Shown here: positions 20,535 to 30,272 of the stretch, one piece after another
How positions within the stretch are numbered: position 1 is the first letter of the stretch
Layout of the letters: the number at the start of each line of letters is the position of its first letter
Source of the DNA: Candidatus Levyibacteriota bacterium
GTDB taxonomy: Bacteria; Patescibacteriota; Microgenomatia; Levybacterales; UBA12049
Assembly: GCA_963716145.1 (NCBI GenBank)
Contig: OY970292.1
Location: 469,171-533,170, forward strand
DNA: 64,000 nucleotides
Reading direction: 5' to 3'
The notes under the pieces: model-generated
Databases searched by the model: none
Seen by the model: the letters and a program-made list of their open reading frames with translations, nothing else
Told to the model about the DNA's origin: nothing
Program-made: the position numbers and the translations under genes

Positions 20535-21035
20535 ATGAACAAAGAGGAGTCTCCGCCTACGATAAATGAGACTCTTACCCCTTTACCTCAGGAGGCTAAG
20601 CTACAAAATAAATCGAAAAAATTTCCAAACAATCTTATTCTTATAATTATTGCTTTTGCTCTAAGCTACATAACAGTTTACATATTAGGAAGTGTGGCAC
20701 CTACCCAACCTTCTGGAATTGGACTAGGACTTGTTTATATTTTGGGGCCATCTTTATTTGGAATAATATCAATTACACTTTTTTACATAAAATACAGGCA
20801 CAATATGCCAACTGTTACAAATAAAGTAAAATGTCCAATAATTATTGAGGTTATTGGAATGGCAGCTGGGTATATTTTTGCATTTTTTACTCTGCCGGCA
20901 GTGCTTGATATATTGTTTTGGGATATTTTTAAAGAAATCGCTGGCGTCATTTTTGGTGTATTTGTACATTTCGTACTCTTAACTTATATTGGGTTTCTGC
21001 TAGCACGTCAAGTATATAAGTACATAAATTATTAG
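20535..21035 (+). CDS. Hypothetical 4-TM membrane protein
   Basis: Hydrophobic ORF behind TTGACA-17-AATACT. Confidence 0.65.
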   Translation: MNKEESPPTINETLTPLPQEAKLQNKSKKFPNNLILIIIAFALSYITVYILGSVAPTQPSGIGLGLVYILGPSLFGIISITLFYIKYRHNMPTVTNKVKCPIIIEVIGMAAGYIFAFFTLPAVLDILFWDIFKEIAGVIFGVFVHFVLLTYIGFLLARQVYKYINY

Positions 21036-21050
21036 AATAATTCAGAGGCA

Positions 21051-21659
21051 CTAAACCTGCTTCTCTTTCTTCGTGGTAGTAACTCTTCCCCCTTGCCATT
21101 GGCCGCGGTACATATTACCTCCGCCTGAGACTTCTGAGAACTGTATGTGAACAATCCGCGCGCCGAGTTCGATAGTAACTGGAACCGGTCCTTCGTTTTT
21201 GAGACCAAAGTTCAATCCCCCACTATAGCCCGGCGGGACATTGCCTGTGCGGATGAATAAACCACTTCGATAAGTGGTAGAGCGAGGTGTAATACTTGCA
21301 GTTAGATTGTCGGGCATGTTAACTGATTCTATCGTCTTTATCAAAAAAAACTCTCCCGGCTTAATTACAATTTTTTGTTCTTTGTTCTTAGTTCTTGGAA
21401 AACCGTTCTCCGAAGAACTAAGATCTAAGACCTTTGAACCATTCTTAGCTCTTTGCTCTTTGTATTTCGCGATTAGCGAAACTTCGGCCGTGTGCCTTTC
21501 TGTGACTCCCAAGAAAGCTTTTCCTGAAATCTTGTAGACTTCCCCAAGCCGCAAGTCAAACCCCGCGCCTTCCGGATTGGTCAGTTCCCGCTCTGACAAA
21601 TTCTCAACAAGCTTTTTTGTTTTAACTAGCTTTAATAATTGCTTAGGTCCTAAAACCAT
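21051..21659 (-). CDS. Trimeric dUTPase / dCTP deaminase family protein with a repeat-derived insertion
   Basis: GFDLRLG, PRST..RSGL, PPGYSG, GARIVHI and YRGQWQG motifs. Confidence 0.85.
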   Translation of the reverse strand: MVLGPKQLLKLVKTKKLVENLSERELTNPEGAGFDLRLGEVYKISGKAFLGVTERHTAEVSLIAKYKEQRAKNGSKVLDLSSSENGFPRTKNKEQKIVIKPGEFFLIKTIESVNMPDNLTASITPRSTTYRSGLFIRTGNVPPGYSGGLNFGLKNEGPVPVTIELGARIVHIQFSEVSGGGNMYRGQWQGGRVTTTKKEKQV

Positions 21660-21759
21660 AAATTAATAATCCAATACTACCAATAACCCACTAAGCAAAT
21701 CAATAGTGAATTTAAGACTTAATTAAAGACTTAATTTCAAATGTAAATAATCAGAAATG

Positions 21760-21808
21760 TTGACAATGGTTATTTGCTGTGATGTAATATATATATATAT
21801 ATATATAT
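21760..21808 (+). promoter_or_regulatory. Pilin promoter followed by an (AT)11 tract
   Basis: TTGACA-17-TGTAAT runs directly into (AT)11 at 21787-21808. Confidence 0.6.
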
Positions 21809-21841
21809 TTGGAATTTATGGAGAAATTTTTAAGGAGAAAA

Positions 21842-22264
21842 ATGCAGCATTTTACCCAAAAAGGCTTCACTCTTGTTGAGCTTCTGATTGTTATAGCAGT
21901 TCTTGGAGTACTTGCAGTTGGCCTAATCTTGGCAATTAATCCAGGAGATAAAATAAAAGCTGCAAATGATTCAAATGTATTAACCGATATTAGCACACTT
22001 GCAAAAGCATCTAGCTCATATGCAATATCCCATAACGGAAACTACCCTACAACGCTTGCGGCACTAACAACTTCTGGCGAACTAAAAGCTTTACCCACTG
22101 CTCCTTCGGGTTATACAGCCTACGCTTTGACAGTCAGTGGTGCCAATATCTACCTAACCGGTGAACTTAAATCCAAAAAATATTCTGCGGCTCCAAGAGC
22201 ACTATATAATACATCAAACGGGAAACTATGCCAGACAACAGCAACGACAACTGTCTGTCCATAG
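21842..22264 (+). CDS. Type IV pilin
   Basis: QKG^FTLVELLIVIAVLGVLA...INP class III signal, a C-terminal Cys pair, and AAGGAG before the ATG. Confidence 0.9.
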   Translation: MQHFTQKGFTLVELLIVIAVLGVLAVGLILAINPGDKIKAANDSNVLTDISTLAKASSSYAISHNGNYPTTLAALTTSGELKALPTAPSGYTAYALTVSGANIYLTGELKSKKYSAAPRALYNTSNGKLCQTTATTTVCP

Positions 22265-22310
22265 ATTTATCTATCATCTTGACGGCTTTGATTTTTAATG
22301 GAATAATAAA

Positions 22311-22973
22311 ATGGTGAAAGTAAAAAAACAAACAACCTACAATTCTTTAATAATTTTAATAATTTTTTTGCTTATTGTTGTAGCAATATTAAGTTTTACC
22401 ATAGTCAATATCTCAAGGCAGATTGATGTACCCGATAGCAAAACAGATACTCAATCTTTTACCAAAACTCCGCCAGCCAGTAGCTTATCCACTAAGGCAA
22501 GCAATTTAGTCGAGTTTACTCATCCTATTGTTAAATATAGCCTAGATTTCCCTTCTGTCTGGAAGCCATTAATTTACAAGTCTATCGCCGGACAAGCAGT
22601 TGTTCCTTATGATGATCTTGTTATCTTCAGCCCTGATTACCAGCAGGAAACAATCCCGGATACGACAACACAGATCCATACTGGCGCCTCAATCCTCGTT
22701 CGCGTCACAGAAACCCATTATGATAATATTGAGAAAAAGTTTGCTGAAAACGCAATAGCCCAAAAAATTGCCAGAAACGTAACTAAAATAAATATTAATG
22801 GAACAACTGCAATCCAATACGATTACTCTACAAATGGCGAAAATGCAACCAACGTTACTTTTACCAAAAATGGATTATGGTATCTGGTAAAATTCCAATA
22901 CAAAGATGAAGAAACAAAAAGACAATATTTAAGTGTGTTTCAAGATTTACTAAACTCTCTCAAGCTTAAATAA
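22311..22973 (+). CDS. Membrane-anchored PsbP/DcrB-like protein
   Basis: TM anchor, YSLDFPSVW and ...FQDLLNSLK end. Confidence 0.6.
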   Translation: MVKVKKQTTYNSLIILIIFLLIVVAILSFTIVNISRQIDVPDSKTDTQSFTKTPPASSLSTKASNLVEFTHPIVKYSLDFPSVWKPLIYKSIAGQAVVPYDDLVIFSPDYQQETIPDTTTQIHTGASILVRVTETHYDNIEKKFAENAIAQKIARNVTKININGTTAIQYDYSTNGENATNVTFTKNGLWYLVKFQYKDEETKRQYLSVFQDLLNSLKLK

Positions 22974-23654
22974 TTAGACACCGGATAGTTTTGAAATTAT
23001 ATCTCCGGTTACTTCTTCAACAGGACGTGCTCCGTTTATTATTTTAAACTCCTCAGGAAATTCTTTGAGAAGCCAATCATATCCCTCTTTTGCTTTCAGG
23101 ATTTTTTGCTTCTCTTCATAAATCTCCTTCTCGTGCGGTTTTTTAGACAGTCTGTCCATGGCCCTCAAGACAGGAATATCAAGGTAAATTGTGATATCAG
23201 GCGCAATAAATTGGTGATACATAGATAGTATGCTTTGTGAGACCAGAATATATTTAGCAGTATTGTCGTCAAAATCCTGCTCCAGATCCAAAACTCCATA
23301 AGGAACGGCCGACCAGAAGCAACGGTCTGAAATCACAATCTTTCCGGCTTTAAGCGATGGTTCAATCAATTCCGCGTGATGCATTCCGCGGTCTGCTGAA
23401 AATAAATATTGTATCGCGACAGAGGGCACTTTCGTCTTGCCGTTGAGAATTTTTTGAATCAGCTCTCCGATCAAACCTTCATCTTTTCGGGGTTCACGCG
23501 TGCGGACAACTTCCTTCCCCTGCTTTTTGAAATACTCATAAAGCTTTTCAATCTGCGTGGTCTTACCTGATCCGTCAATTCCCTCAAGTACAATATACTG
23601 TCCCGGGTAGGGATTGCGTCTGAAATCAATGTCTAGCTCTAGGTGATACTTCAT
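22974..23654 (-). CDS. tmk: Thymidylate kinase
   Basis: LEGIDGSGKTTQ, TREP and ISDR motifs. Confidence 0.95.
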   Translation of the reverse strand: MKYHLELDIDFRRNPYPGQYIVLEGIDGSGKTTQIEKLYEYFKKQGKEVVRTREPRKDEGLIGELIQKILNGKTKVPSVAIQYLFSADRGMHHAELIEPSLKAGKIVISDRCFWSAVPYGVLDLEQDFDDNTAKYILVSQSILSMYHQFIAPDITIYLDIPVLRAMDRLSKKPHEKEIYEEKQKILKAKEGYDWLLKEFPEEFKIINGARPVEEVTGDIISKLSGV

Positions 23655-23748
23655 GTTTTAAATTTCAAATAACTACCAATTTCAAATATCCAATTTCCAA
23701 TAATTTACATTTAGCATTTGAAATTTGACATTGGAAATTTGAAATTCA

Positions 23749-24318
23749 TTATTTCTCCTCATGTATCCTGCTCTCTTCCGGTCCTTTTTGAAATTTATAT
23801 TTTGCATCTTTTTTGCTGGTGTATGGAGTTATTGAGGGACTTGAGAGTTCTTCAAATGTCATCGCGCAGATTCTCATCCCAACAGTTAACTTTATTGCCA
23901 TCCGCCCGAGATTGCCAAGTTCAAGAACAGGATTTCCATCCCAACCTGGATCAAAAATAGATGCTGTTGAGTGCACAACTAAACCCAGGCGGCCAAGTGA
24001 AGAACGTCCTTCAAGACGCCCCATCAAATCCGCCGGAATCTTAACCGACTCCAAAGTAACCGCCAAAACAAATTCCCCTGGTTGCATAACAAAACTACCG
24101 TCTTTTCCAGCCTTTATGACTTTGGTAATTTCATTGCTGTAATCTTTTTTGGAAGGATCGATATACGCGTGCTGGCTATGATCAAATACCCGGAAATTAT
24201 TTCCAAGTCTCAAATCAATTGAACAGGATCCGAGTTGAGTGGATAAATCCGGAGTTGGCTTAATAACAATACGCTTGCTCTGTAGAGCTTTTTTAATATC
24301 CTGATCCGATAAAACCAT
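23749..24318 (-). CDS. dcd: dCTP deaminase
   Basis: SIDLRLG, EGRSSLGRLG, DPGWDG and LELGN motifs. Confidence 0.93.
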   Translation of the reverse strand: MVLSDQDIKKALQSKRIVIKPTPDLSTQLGSCSIDLRLGNNFRVFDHSQHAYIDPSKKDYSNEITKVIKAGKDGSFVMQPGEFVLAVTLESVKIPADLMGRLEGRSSLGRLGLVVHSTASIFDPGWDGNPVLELGNLGRMAIKLTVGMRICAMTFEELSSPSITPYTSKKDAKYKFQKGPEESRIHEEK

Positions 24319-24381
24319 AACGAAAGTTTAGCATGTCGGATCCCTTGACACAACTAGGTTTCTTATCTACGATTAATGTAA

Positions 24382-25607
24382 ATGAAAAATGGTAAGAAAC
24401 ATCTTTTTCTGGGATTTTTTTTGGCACTTCTTTTAGTTAGTGCCCTGGCCATTGCAAATATTAAACAGCCCCAGGAGACCCGCACGCACGCAGCCGCCGG
24501 AACAACTACCTTAAAGCTCACTCCGGCATCAGCATCCAAACAAGTCGGTGACACAATTTCACTCGATATTATGGTTGACCCCGGTGAGAATCTCGTATCG
24601 TTTGTAAAATTCCAAGTTACATTTGATCCAACCAAATTAGCACTGGTAACAGCAGATCCTTTTACTTTAAATACCACAGATTTCCCTGTAAAAGTTGAGG
24701 GTCCGGTAACGAATGCCGAAAGCATTGGTGAATCCGTTTCCATAGGCGCTGACCCTACAAAAGTGATTCAGCAAGTTACCAAAGTAGGAACTCTCCATTT
24801 CAAAGCAGTTGGCGGGACAAATAACACCCCCACGATGATTGCATTTAGCAATATTAGCCAAGCGCTTTCCGCGGGAACCAATGATGCGGCAAGAATTAAT
24901 GTACTCTCCGGCACAACGCCAGCGGCTATTACAATTGGAGGAACTTCCAATCTTTCCCCGACCGTAGTTGTTGATCCCTGCCCTGCTTTTTGCCCTTCCA
25001 TAACCCCGGGCCAACAGGTACAGGGTCGACAGCCACTTTTACAATTTTACTGCATGGGGTAGGTGCTGCGGGAGATAACCCAAATCCAAGCGGCAACAGT
25101 CTGAGTAATAAAGCGCCCCTGCATCCGCAAAGAAATCTTACTGTTTGGTTTTTCAATACACGCAATCAACTTGTTGCAAGCATCTCAGGAGCTATAAATT
25201 TTGACGCGTCCAGCGGCGCATTTAAGGGCAGTATTGATTTGGGACCCGATTTAAGAGATGGGAACTATAGTGTAAAGGTAAAAACAGATCGGTATCTGCG
25301 AAAGTTAGTTCCGGGCGCTCAAAAAATAGCATTGCTTAAAGACAATTCTATTACCCAAGTAGCGCTTGTTGCCGGAGACACCAATGGTGATAATTTGGTT
25401 AACATACTTGACTACAATGCATTTATCGACTGCGGCTATGGCGCTTTAAATCCGCTACCGCTTGATGATGCAAATTCTATTTTTAATAAGCGAGTCTGCC
25501 AAGTTCATACCCCTGCTATAAATATTGATGTTAATGACAATGGGATTATTGACAGCACCGACTATAATCTTTTTCTCCGTGAACTCTCGGTCCAAAGCGG
25601 GGATTAA
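24382..25607 (+). CDS. Cohesin + dockerin surface protein (split by a frameshift near 25010)
   Basis: TM, QETRTHA, cohesin-like domain, then in the other frame a beta domain and dockerin EF-hands (AGDTNGDNLVNILDY, DVNDNGIIDSTDY). Collinear with the two downstream paralogs. Confidence 0.75.
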
Positions 25608-25658
25608 ACTTAACCCTTGACAGGGCTCTCCTTTATTCACTATGCTAAATATGGATTT

Positions 25659-28217
25659 ATGTCTTTTTTCAAAAAGAATCCTCTTCTTAAGTTGGGGCTT
25701 TTAGCCCTTGTTTTGGTTGGTTTGCCTGCCGCAGTGTTCTTGTCCCAAAAACAAGCCGAGAACAGATCCCGTGCCAGCGCATCAACCACGCTCTACTTTA
25801 CCCCCAGCACAACTACTTCAAGTCCTTTGCAGAAAAATGTCGGCGAGACTGTTGCTTTTGATGTAATGATAAACCCTGGAAACAATCTTGCCGCCTTGGT
25901 AAAGCTTGAAATTGATTGGGACGGCGCAAAGCTTCAACCAGTAGGAAACGCTTTTGTTCAAAACGTTACTAGCATGCCCATAATCGTAGAGGGACCGATA
26001 CTGACCAACGGAAAACTTCTTATTACACTATCAAATGGTTCAGATCCGACCAAGGCACTGGGCCAAATTTCCAGAATCGGAACAATTACCTTTACCGCCG
26101 CCGCCCCAACAGGTTCAACGCCAACAGTTCTATCTTTTGGCTCAAGAGCGCAGGTATTATCAGTATCCTCAACTAACACGTATAACGAAAATGTTTTATC
26201 AACTACAACACCTGCAAGCATTATTATTCCAGGAAGTAACGTCACGCCAACAATCTCTCCTACCCCGCCTACTTCATGCGCCAGTAGCCCGAGTGAAACC
26301 ATGCTCATTATTGATAAGTCCGGAAGCATGAGTGTTGCGGCAGATGTTAATAAAATTACTCAAGCAAAAGCGGCTGCAAAAAGTTTTGTAGATATAATTG
26401 CCCGGGATACTCAAAACACCATTGGTTTGGTTTCGTATGAGAATACAGCAACAGTTAATAGTCCTTTAACCACTGACTATTCGTCTGTTAAAAGTCAAAT
26501 TGATACATTAACCGCAATCGGAAGCACATGTACGGAATGCGGGATAATCAAGGCAAATCAGGAAATCGCGAGAAGCACTTCTTCAAAGAAAAAAGTGGTT
26601 GTTCTTTTGACGGATGGCATAGCCAATTTCGTTGAAGGAAACACCAACCAGGTTGCTCCATCTATTGCAGAGCAAAGAGCGATTGCGGCTGCTGTAGCAG
26701 GACATAATGCCGACGGAACTGTATTTTACACCATTGGCCTTGGAAGTCAGATAAACGCGGCCTTCCTTCAGCAGATTGCCGAATCAACAGGGGGGAAATA
26801 TTACGCAAGTCCGACCGGTGATCAACTAAATACAATCTATAATCAGATTTCAGAAATCTCGGGCAAAGGCTCAGTCAGTGGATCTGTTTTTAATGATGCT
26901 AATAATAACGCAGCTTTTGATTCAAACGAAGCAAAGCTCTCAGGTTGGACTTTACAGCTCCTGGCAGCAGGATCTACAACTCCTCAAACATTCACAAGCG
27001 ATGCAAATGGATTTAACATCACAGGACTTTGTAATGGCACCTATACCTTAAAAGAAATTGTTCAGAACGGCTGGAGACAGACCTTACCGGCTGATCCAAA
27101 TGGATACCAAATTATAATTAACAATGGCGGCGCTATAACAAATAAGAATTTTGGCAATAAGCAGGGAAACACCTGTGCTGATGGAATAGACAACAACGGC
27201 AATAACTTTATAGATATAGCAGATCCTATTTGCCACACTGATGGAAATAAAAATAATCCCGACTCTTATGATCCGAATCTGCCTGAGCGTAACGGTAACA
27301 CCTGCGCCGATGGGATAGACAACAACGGCAATAACCTAATTGATGGCCTGGATCCAATCTGTCACACAGATGGTAACCCTAACAATCCCAATTCATATGA
27401 CCCCAACCGGCCTGAGACAGGAAACACCTGTGCTGATGGAATTGATAATAATGGGAACAACTTCATAGACATTGCAGACCCCATATGTCATACCGATGGT
27501 AACCGCAATAACCCTAACTCCTATGATCCAAATCTTCCAGAGCGCAATGGGAATACATGCTCAGACGGAATAGATAACAATAATAATAATCTAATAGATG
27601 GCTTGGATCCTATCTGTCACACAGGCGGGATTATCACCAATCCATATAATCCTGATCTTCCGGAAAATGGCGGAACCGGAACAAATTTGAATTTGACAGT
27701 ACTTCTTCACGGCATAGGCTCAGCCGGTGACAACGCTACAACTCTCAACAGCGAGAGCAACAAAAACCCACTTCATGCAACAAGAAGTGCACAAGTATCG
27801 ATCTACAATACCGCAAATCAATTGATATCAAGCGCGTCAGGGGTAATAAGATATGCAAGCGCGTCAGGAGACTTCAGGGGAACAGTTGTGACGAGAACTC
27901 CCTTAGCTGCCGGTAATTACAATATCCGCGTGCGGAGCAGTCAGCATCTTACACGTCTCATACCGGGAATACAAACGATTGTGAGTGCGGGAACCAACCA
28001 ACTTCCGCCTGCTAGCCTTGTGGCTGGGGATGTGAACGATGACAACAAGTTAAATATTCTTGATTACAATCTTCTAATTGGCTGCAACAGTATTGAGCCT
28101 GATCCATTATGCACAGGCATTCTCCGAATCCAGACCGACCTTGATGATAACGGGATAATTGATATTGAAGATTACAACTTATTCCTCAGAGAGCTTTCCA
28201 GTCAGCCGGGAGAGTAA
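25659..28217 (+). CDS. Cohesin-VWA-SdrD-like-Cys/Asp repeat-dockerin surface protein
   Basis: TM, ENRSRA, cohesin-like domain, DKSGS/LTDG VWA, SGSVFNDANNN SdrD-B-like domain, four CxDGIDN repeats and a dockerin. Confidence 0.8.
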   Translation: MSFFKKNPLLKLGLLALVLVGLPAAVFLSQKQAENRSRASASTTLYFTPSTTTSSPLQKNVGETVAFDVMINPGNNLAALVKLEIDWDGAKLQPVGNAFVQNVTSMPIIVEGPILTNGKLLITLSNGSDPTKALGQISRIGTITFTAAAPTGSTPTVLSFGSRAQVLSVSSTNTYNENVLSTTTPASIIIPGSNVTPTISPTPPTSCASSPSETMLIIDKSGSMSVAADVNKITQAKAAAKSFVDIIARDTQNTIGLVSYENTATVNSPLTTDYSSVKSQIDTLTAIGSTCTECGIIKANQEIARSTSSKKKVVVLLTDGIANFVEGNTNQVAPSIAEQRAIAAAVAGHNADGTVFYTIGLGSQINAAFLQQIAESTGGKYYASPTGDQLNTIYNQISEISGKGSVSGSVFNDANNNAAFDSNEAKLSGWTLQLLAAGSTTPQTFTSDANGFNITGLCNGTYTLKEIVQNGWRQTLPADPNGYQIIINNGGAITNKNFGNKQGNTCADGIDNNGNNFIDIADPICHTDGNKNNPDSYDPNLPERNGNTCADGIDNNGNNLIDGLDPICHTDGNPNNPNSYDPNRPETGNTCADGIDNNGNNFIDIADPICHTDGNRNNPNSYDPNLPERNGNTCSDGIDNNNNNLIDGLDPICHTGGIITNPYNPDLPENGGTGTNLNLTVLLHGIGSAGDNATTLNSESNKNPLHATRSAQVSIYNTANQLISSASGVIRYASASGDFRGTVVTRTPLAAGNYNIRVRSSQHLTRLIPGIQTIVSAGTNQLPPASLVAGDVNDDNKLNILDYNLLIGCNSIEPDPLCTGILRIQTDLDDNGIIDIEDYNLFLRELSSQPGE
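27164..27665 (+). repeat. Four ~41-aa GNTCxDGIDNNxNNxIDxxDPICH repeats
   Basis: Visible in the translation; units alternate FIDIAD and LIDGLD. Confidence 0.9.
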
Positions 28218-28278
28218 TTTTGTAAAATTCCAACTTGACAAAAGATTGCATTTCCATAGATACTTATAAAGTATAACG

Positions 28279-30243
28279 ATGAGCAATACAAGAAATAGAT
28301 TATTACTACTGGGCGGCATGCTTGTTCTTTTGGTGATTGGAATTCCAGCTATAATTTTTCTCACTCAGCAAAGACAAGAAACGCGCTCCCGTGCTTCTGC
28401 ATCAACTACACTCTACCTTACTCCATCATCTTCTGCATCAGCTCCCATAAACAAAACTATTGGCCAGACAGTTGCTTTTGATGTTATGCTAAACCCCGGC
28501 AACAATTTGCCGGCATTTGTTAAATTGGATCTGCTCTACGATAGCACCAAATACGAGCCCGTTCAACCAGCCTCTTTTGTAGTAAATACCGACGCGTTTC
28601 CTCAAACATTTGAAGGCCCAATAATCAATAATGGTGAGTATCTCATCTCTCTTTCTGTAGGCGCAGATCCTACCAAAGCAATACGCGCCGTTACCAGAGT
28701 TGGAACCCTAACCTTTACAACCAAGACTCCAACCTCAACTCCCACGCAAATCTCCTTTGGACCGAGATCTCAAGTCCTATCAGTTGCGTCAACCAATCAA
28801 GCAAGCGAAAACGTTTTATCCACTACCACACCGGGCTTTCTGACAATTTCGGGAATCGCCACCCCTACCCCCATACGTAAAGGCGGAGATGGTGGTAACG
28901 CGGGCAAAGGCGGAGGCGCTTGTGGTAGTCTGGGCAATAATGGTAGCATTGGCAGCGCTTCAACCGGAGGAACCGGGGGCACAGGTGGAACTGGATGTAG
29001 CGGAGGAACCTTAACTGGCAACACTGGTGGCATTGGAGGAGTTGGAGGTCTTGGAAGTAGCAGCGGTCCTGGAAATCCTGGCCAGAATGGCAGACCAGGA
29101 CAGGGAACTGGCGCGGGCGGTGGTGGCGGCGCGGGCGGTGGTGGGGCACCCGGTCAGCCCGGCGGACGCGGCGGCGATGGAGGAACTGGATGCAATGGCG
29201 TTCCCGGACAACCTGGATTGCCGGGAGAAGCTGCGCCAAATGCAAGCACAGGCGGAAAAGGCGGCCGTGGTGGTGAAGGAGGCACAGCTTGTGTTACCAC
29301 ACCAACACCTACGCCAACTTCAGGACCAGTAAACACCACTCTTACTTGTTCTTCAACCTCTGTTGTTCTAAGCGATCTTATGCGGTCTATTGATGTCACA
29401 TTGAAAAATACTTCAGGAGTAGGAATAGCTGGCAAAACAGTAAACTGGACGTCAAGTTCTGCTGTATCATTCTCCCCTCCCACCTCGCAAACTAACTCCG
29501 CCGGTGTAGGCATAACCAGTGCGGGAGTTACTAATTTAAGTACTCCCTCGTTTACTGGAATCATAACTGCGCGCTTTCCCGGTGACGCTACATTAGCCGC
29601 TTCGTCTTGCACGATACCTGTTAGCTATACAGCGCCGACTGCCACCCCTACTCCAACCAGAATTCCAACCCCAACCCCTACTTCCGCGCCTAACTCGACC
29701 AGGCTATCTCTCACAGTATTTATGCACGGAATTGGTAACAGCGGAGATAATGCAAATCCAACCAGCTTTAGCTTAAGCAATAAAACTCCACTGCATACAA
29801 CACGGGCGGTAACTGTCCAGATTTTCAATACGCTCAATCAGCTTACTTTATCAAAAACCAGCAATATTGTTTATGCCAGCAGCAGCGGTAGCTTTAGAGG
29901 AACAGTGGACCTGGCAAATCTACTCGCACTAAGCGGTTCTTATACCGTAAAGATTCAGTCCCCAACTCATTTAAGACGTCTTGTTCCTGGAATACAAACC
30001 CTAACAGTTGGTCAAACTCATAATCTAGAAGCAGTATCCCTAATAGCAGGAGATGTAAACTCAGATAACGCACTTAATATCCTTGATTATAACTTGATTA
30101 CTGGCTGCTACAGCGATATCGCGCCTGCTGTATCGTGCACTGCGGACAACAAGTTACTTACCGACCTAAATGACGATGGAGCTGTAAACCAATTTGATTA
30201 CAATCTTTTCCTGCGCGAAATAACAGTCCAGAATGGACAGTAA
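28279..30243 (+). CDS. Cohesin-Gly-rich/collagen-like-Ig-like-dockerin surface protein
   Basis: TM, QETRSRA, cohesin-like domain, Gly-rich stretch with Gly-X-Y runs, Big-like domain and a dockerin. Confidence 0.8.
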   Translation: MSNTRNRLLLLGGMLVLLVIGIPAIIFLTQQRQETRSRASASTTLYLTPSSSASAPINKTIGQTVAFDVMLNPGNNLPAFVKLDLLYDSTKYEPVQPASFVVNTDAFPQTFEGPIINNGEYLISLSVGADPTKAIRAVTRVGTLTFTTKTPTSTPTQISFGPRSQVLSVASTNQASENVLSTTTPGFLTISGIATPTPIRKGGDGGNAGKGGGACGSLGNNGSIGSASTGGTGGTGGTGCSGGTLTGNTGGIGGVGGLGSSSGPGNPGQNGRPGQGTGAGGGGGAGGGGAPGQPGGRGGDGGTGCNGVPGQPGLPGEAAPNASTGGKGGRGGEGGTACVTTPTPTPTSGPVNTTLTCSSTSVVLSDLMRSIDVTLKNTSGVGIAGKTVNWTSSSAVSFSPPTSQTNSAGVGITSAGVTNLSTPSFTGIITARFPGDATLAASSCTIPVSYTAPTATPTPTRIPTPTPTSAPNSTRLSLTVFMHGIGNSGDNANPTSFSLSNKTPLHTTRAVTVQIFNTLNQLTLSKTSNIVYASSSGSFRGTVDLANLLALSGSYTVKIQSPTHLRRLVPGIQTLTVGQTHNLEAVSLIAGDVNSDNALNILDYNLITGCYSDIAPAVSCTADNKLLTDLNDDGAVNQFDYNLFLREITVQNGQ

Positions 30244-30272
30244 AACCTGCCCGAATTTGCTACAATAGTTGC

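Noticed and set aside
28797-29837. Overlapping ORFs across the Gly-rich region
   Set aside because: They are shadow frames of GC-rich low-complexity coding sequence.
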